NCBI GenBank assembly: GCA_965215265.1
Contig: OZ244048.1
Coordinates: 1,280,001-1,344,000, forward strand
DNA from: Candidatus Poribacteria bacterium
Lineage (GTDB): Bacteria; Poribacteria; WGA-4E; WGA-3G
Direction: 5' to 3'
Length of the DNA stretch: 64,000 nucleotides
The notes beneath the pieces are model-generated. The model ran no database searches. It saw only the letters and a program-made list of their open reading frames with translations, and was not told the DNA's origin. Below are positions 60,124-64,000 of this stretch, piece after piece (within the stretch, counting starts at the first letter, position 1; each line of letters opens with the position of its first letter). The position numbers and the translations under genes are program-made.

Positions 60124-62088
60124 TTAACCGTTCAACCCGAGCACGCCGCTCAATTCCAATAAACGTTGGTTAATCTTTGTTTTCTCTATCCGATTGCCGT
60201 GGACGAATTCTTGATATTGCGGCAGGAGCGTATCTGGAAGCATGGCGCGCGAATTTGCTTCGCGCAATGCTAACAGGGCCATGAAAAGTTGCATCTCCGG
60301 CGAATGGTTCGGGACAAAGTCGTCTATTGCTTCGCGAAGGTCTGCATCGGTGACGGTGTGGTGCCCATTACGCTTTGAGATGTTATGCGCACGTTGTTGA
60401 ATGAGAAACAGGTCGCGTGCCGTCAATCCATCCGTGTTCGTCTCGCCTATCAGGGGTTGGAAATTAATGGTATCGCCGACTTCTTCTCCACAATAAATCC
60501 TCAAGATTGCAACTCTTTCGGCGGCTGGAGGTGGGAGTAAGATTAATTTGTAATCGAAGAGACCTGTCCTGCGAAAAATCTCTGGAATTAAGTCTGGCCG
60601 GCTGGTTGCGCCCACCCAGATCACCCTGCCATGCAATGAATTGTCGCTGATTGCATTGACGAGCGCTGTCGGGAGGGGCCGATCCACGTTTTCCGGTTGC
60701 ATGCTTGTATGCGGGGCGGCCTGCTCAATTTGGTCCATAAACACGACGACAGGCGCAATGCCTCGGATAAAGTTAATCGCCGCGTTTAGGTTCCTTTCAT
60801 AACTGTTGCCGTTCTCAGTGATGTTCGCAGTGACTTCGCCTACCTGATTAGCATACCGGAGTTGAACAAACGCCATGCCGGTTTTGCCCGCCAGCAACTT
60901 TGTTATATACACTTTCCCTGTTCCGGCCGGGCCGACGAGGAGTATACCTCTCGGGATGCGGCGCCAGTCGCCTTGTTTGATGCCCTCGCTTATATCTTGG
61001 ATCGCGCGGTTGACGTGCCCGGGGCCTTGCTGATGCATAAATTCTCTCACTGGACTCACTTCAAGTACGCCGTGGCTGAAAACTTTGATGTGTTCTCGTC
61101 GGTAACGGTGCAGGAGCTCGCCGCCGGACGCTTTTTGCCCTGTGGCAGCCGCTTGGCGCGCTATATCATGGATGCCGAACAGATTGACACCTACTGTTTC
61201 TCTAGCTAGCGTTTCCTGTTCTTGGACAGTGCCGAGACCCTGGCGCATCGTGGAATCCGCTTCTGAAATTGCGTATAGATGCTGAATGAAGTGTAAACGG
61301 CGCTCATAATCCGGAAACGGGATCTCTACTAACGGAATTTCAGGGTTCAAAGTCAGCTTCGGATGTATATCAAAGGTGTTTGGCGTAAGGAGCAATATAA
61401 TATGCTGCCGCCTTCTAATAGACAGGTCTGATGCCCAATGCTGGAGTTGATTGAAAAATCGTTGCAACTCATCATTCGCACCACTCGTGAGTGATGGATG
61501 ATTCGGCGCAATTTGCTCAAGGAAATTGATAATAAGGCCGACCTTCGCCCTGTCTTGATAGAGGAGCTCGCGGAGATGATTTTGCAATTCCTCTGTCGGT
61601 GCCGGATCCATCGTGGCGAACGGGTCTTCATGTAGCTTTCCAACGGCTAAGCCGGAATTTATGGGTCTTCGCGCAATATGAGGACTAACGTCATCGTTCG
61701 GGCTCCCCTCAAGATGCCGAAGTATCTGCAGCCAGGTGGCTACACTCTGAAAATGAAAAACACCGGATTTTTCATAGGGATGGACAATTTGAAGCGTTTC
61801 CTGCGTTTGGTACCATTGATGGGAGCGAGGAAATATAATCCCTTCCGTATTGTTGTATCCGATAACAAGGTCGCATCCTAAGAGGTGGAGTTGCTCCATC
61901 AGATAGGGGAGCGTTGGCAAGTAGCCGTAAACCTCATCGTATTGTAAGTCTTGCACATTAAAATGGAGTAAAAATTGGTGTGCTGAGGCTGCACGGTAAT
62001 GTGTTGCAATCTGTTCCCAAAACATGTTTTTTTTATCGACGCAGATTTTTGATGAGTCATAAGAAACCGGAGCAGCGGCAGGGTGCAA
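60124..62088 (-). CDS. AAA+ family protein with deviant Walker motifs
   Basis: GILLVGPAGTGKV, VVFMDQIE, ATSRPDL...RR.G.FD; real start may be the ATG at ~62025. Confidence 0.82.
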   Translation of the reverse strand: MHPAAAPVSYDSSKICVDKKNMFWEQIATHYRAASAHQFLLHFNVQDLQYDEVYGYLPTLPYLMEQLHLLGCDLVIGYNNTEGIIFPRSHQWYQTQETLQIVHPYEKSGVFHFQSVATWLQILRHLEGSPNDDVSPHIARRPINSGLAVGKLHEDPFATMDPAPTEELQNHLRELLYQDRAKVGLIINFLEQIAPNHPSLTSGANDELQRFFNQLQHWASDLSIRRRQHIILLLTPNTFDIHPKLTLNPEIPLVEIPFPDYERRLHFIQHLYAISEADSTMRQGLGTVQEQETLARETVGVNLFGIHDIARQAAATGQKASGGELLHRYRREHIKVFSHGVLEVSPVREFMHQQGPGHVNRAIQDISEGIKQGDWRRIPRGILLVGPAGTGKVYITKLLAGKTGMAFVQLRYANQVGEVTANITENGNSYERNLNAAINFIRGIAPVVVFMDQIEQAAPHTSMQPENVDRPLPTALVNAISDNSLHGRVIWVGATSRPDLIPEIFRRTGLFDYKLILLPPPAAERVAILRIYCGEEVGDTINFQPLIGETNTDGLTARDLFLIQQRAHNISKRNGHHTVTDADLREAIDDFVPNHSPEMQLFMALLALREANSRAMLPDTLLPQYQEFVHGNRIEKTKINQRLLELSGVLGLNG

Positions 62089-62134
62089 GCAGTCACTATG
62101 TGATCTTGCACCGCTGCACTGTATCCGGTTCTAT

Positions 62135-62896
62135 TTATTGTAACGCTTTAAGGTTGCCCCAAGTGGTTGCAAGTTTGGCACGTGCATCCACTGCAGTTAG
62201 CAGCCCTTGTAAATCGGCAATATCAGCTGCTGACAGTGCGCGATTCCAGAGGCGTACTTCGTCAATCAGCCCGGCAAAAACGTAGTTTAGCCGTTCGCAA
62301 TCCTGCCCAATTCGCCACGGATCTTCGTTGGCACTGAGTGCTCCAGGCACCTCGCCTTCTGCGACTGCTTCAGCGTTGATGTAGATTGTTGCGGTTTCTC
62401 CGTCGTTCGTAAAAGCGACATGAACCCATTCACCGACTGGCGGGAGATCGGTTTCTATGTCAGCCCTCCCGCCTTCGGTTTCAAAACGGAGTTTGAAGCC
62501 GCCACTCTCGCTAAACAGTCCATATTGGGTTCTGCCTGCACATCCGCCATGAACGGATTTTCCAACAATTTGGCGCGTCCCGTCCCAATGTTCTGCGTTA
62601 ATCCACGCCATGAAGGTGCATTCGTTAACGTTAAGTAGCGATGTGCTTTCGACAGTGACGAACGCGTCGCTCCCTTCTCCACCGAATTGGAGTGCCTTCC
62701 CGAATTTCCCATCAACCCAGTCAGGATTAGAAATTTCGCCATCGTGTCCATTTCCACTGGCATCTGCGGCGATGTTGCCTTCACCCTCATCGTACGGGTG
62801 ATGTAGAACGAGTCCATCGGAAAACACCGCCATAGCGATCGGCGTTAGCAAGATCAGCTGCACGATGATAACAGTGACAAATGATTTTCTAAGCAT
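62135..62896 (-). CDS. Secreted LamG-like jellyroll protein
   Basis: Signal peptide, GKFGKAL.F, WVHVAFT.DG, GLIDEVRLWNRALS, tail VDARAKLATTWGNLK. Confidence 0.9.
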   Translation of the reverse strand: MLRKSFVTVIIVQLILLTPIAMAVFSDGLVLHHPYDEGEGNIAADASGNGHDGEISNPDWVDGKFGKALQFGGEGSDAFVTVESTSLLNVNECTFMAWINAEHWDGTRQIVGKSVHGGCAGRTQYGLFSESGGFKLRFETEGGRADIETDLPPVGEWVHVAFTNDGETATIYINAEAVAEGEVPGALSANEDPWRIGQDCERLNYVFAGLIDEVRLWNRALSAADIADLQGLLTAVDARAKLATTWGNLKALQ

Positions 62897-63131
62897 GTTT
62901 TTCTCCTCATTGCATGACCGGCAGGGGGTTTCACTTTGATAATTTAGCCCACCCCGGTACAGCCGAATTATTTTTCACACTATCCATTTTAACCGATTTT
63001 CACGCCCCTTGTCAACAAAAAAACTCGTTTAGCGAGAATGTAGATTTCCCTTTGCTTTATACGGTAAATTTTGGTATCATAGGGACAACGATAAGAGACG
63101 CAAAACAACGCATGCGATAAAGGAAAAATGC

Positions 63132-63791
63132 ATGACAGAAAAAGAGTCTTTCACGCCTATCACGGTTGGGATTATGGGCGGGTCCGCTTCCGGAAAAACT
63201 ACGTTCGCCAACGCCTTAGCTGAGCAATTGGCGGAATTCTCCCCGATACTTCTGCATCAAGATGCATATTTTCGGGACTGGTCGGAATATTCACCGGAAG
63301 AACGCGAAAAGGTGATTACAGCGAATCATCCAGATGCCGTCCTATGGGATTTGCTAGTAGGAGATATTGAGGAGCTACGTAACCGGAACGCAATTCAAGT
63401 ACCTGCACCCGGCACCCGGGCAGCACGACAGGATGGGGGAGGCAGCAATTCACAGGTTCAACCTGCAGATGTCATCATTGTCGAGGGACACCTCATCTTC
63501 TGGAGTAGCGCGCTGCGCGAATTGATGGATATCAAGGTATTTCTCGATGTCGATGCGCACGAACGCGTTTTGCGGCGCATGCTTCGTGACGTAGCCGAAC
63601 GTGGGGGTGACCTGGTCTGGGCGATTGACTGGTACCGTAGAGATGTACTGCCTAACTTTCCTGTTTACACGGAACCTTGCAAACGGTTCGCCGACTTGGT
63701 TATCCCTTTTCAGCAGGAGAATCCCGTGGCGTTGCAGACGCTCGCTTCCGGAATCCGGGCGTGTATTGATGAACGGAATATAGGCGGTTAA
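63132..63791 (+). CDS. udk: Uridine kinase
   Basis: GGSASGKTT, QDAYF, NHPDA, IIVEG, RRMLRDVAERG. Confidence 0.8.
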   Translation: MTEKESFTPITVGIMGGSASGKTTFANALAEQLAEFSPILLHQDAYFRDWSEYSPEEREKVITANHPDAVLWDLLVGDIEELRNRNAIQVPAPGTRAARQDGGGSNSQVQPADVIIVEGHLIFWSSALRELMDIKVFLDVDAHERVLRRMLRDVAERGGDLVWAIDWYRRDVLPNFPVYTEPCKRFADLVIPFQQENPVALQTLASGIRACIDERNIGG

Positions 63792-64000
63792 CGCACATTT
63801 GGCACGTTAGCAAATCCCCCGCAAACGCTTTCTATCTTGAGGGAGGCTTGCAACACACCAGACCTATCTTCTCTTGCAAATCTTAAAATCCTGCCTATCC
63901 TAATTCAGAAAGCATTTCGCGAGCATCAATGCGAAAGCGCAGGCGAGGTATATAGCTCCCCACGCTTACAAATTGTCGTAGATATGCCGGTGCTGGGCAT

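Noticed and set aside
330-63783. Numerous short antisense or overlapping ORFs in the ORF track (e.g. 1243..1704, 19180..19692, 40481..41092, 52312..52980)
   Set aside because: They are shadows of well-supported genes on the opposite strand or in another frame, with no motifs or RBS.
63966-64000. 3' end of a minus-strand gene (...AQHRHIYDNL*)
   Set aside because: Only about 11 codons are visible, so it cannot be identified.

Overview
Bacterial chromosomal window of about 50% GC, with most genes on the minus strand. It is most consistent with Candidatus Poribacteria (inference from four LamG proteins ending in a V-x-P-x-G-K/R-L-x-x-x-W-G-x-L/I-K tail and from PhyH, Gfo/Idh/MocA, FGE-sulfatase and FG-GAP/ASPIC genes). 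Housekeeping genes include ftsE (partial), topA, accD, secD, secF, apt, hisD, murA, truA, udk and tRNA-Arg(CCU). Notable items: (1) a Type III restriction-modification locus with two tandem mod genes that have near-identical flanks, different target-recognition domains, and the same G8 frameshift; (2) an integrase-less 3.1-kb islet at the 3' end of a phyH-like gene, bounded by a 118-bp perfect direct repeat and ~210-bp inverted repeats, with a nested ~100-bp direct repeat around a TolB-like gene; (3) a DUF3179 selenoprotein (UPLC motif plus SECIS-like hairpin) that the ORF track splits in two; (4) a candidate C-terminal sorting signal on five secreted proteins; (5) a sigma54 promoter with an enhancer palindrome upstream of murA-hisD. 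Several single-base frameshifts, three of them G8 where G7 restores the frame, suggest sequencing indels may be present, so the frameshift-based claims need read-level checking.
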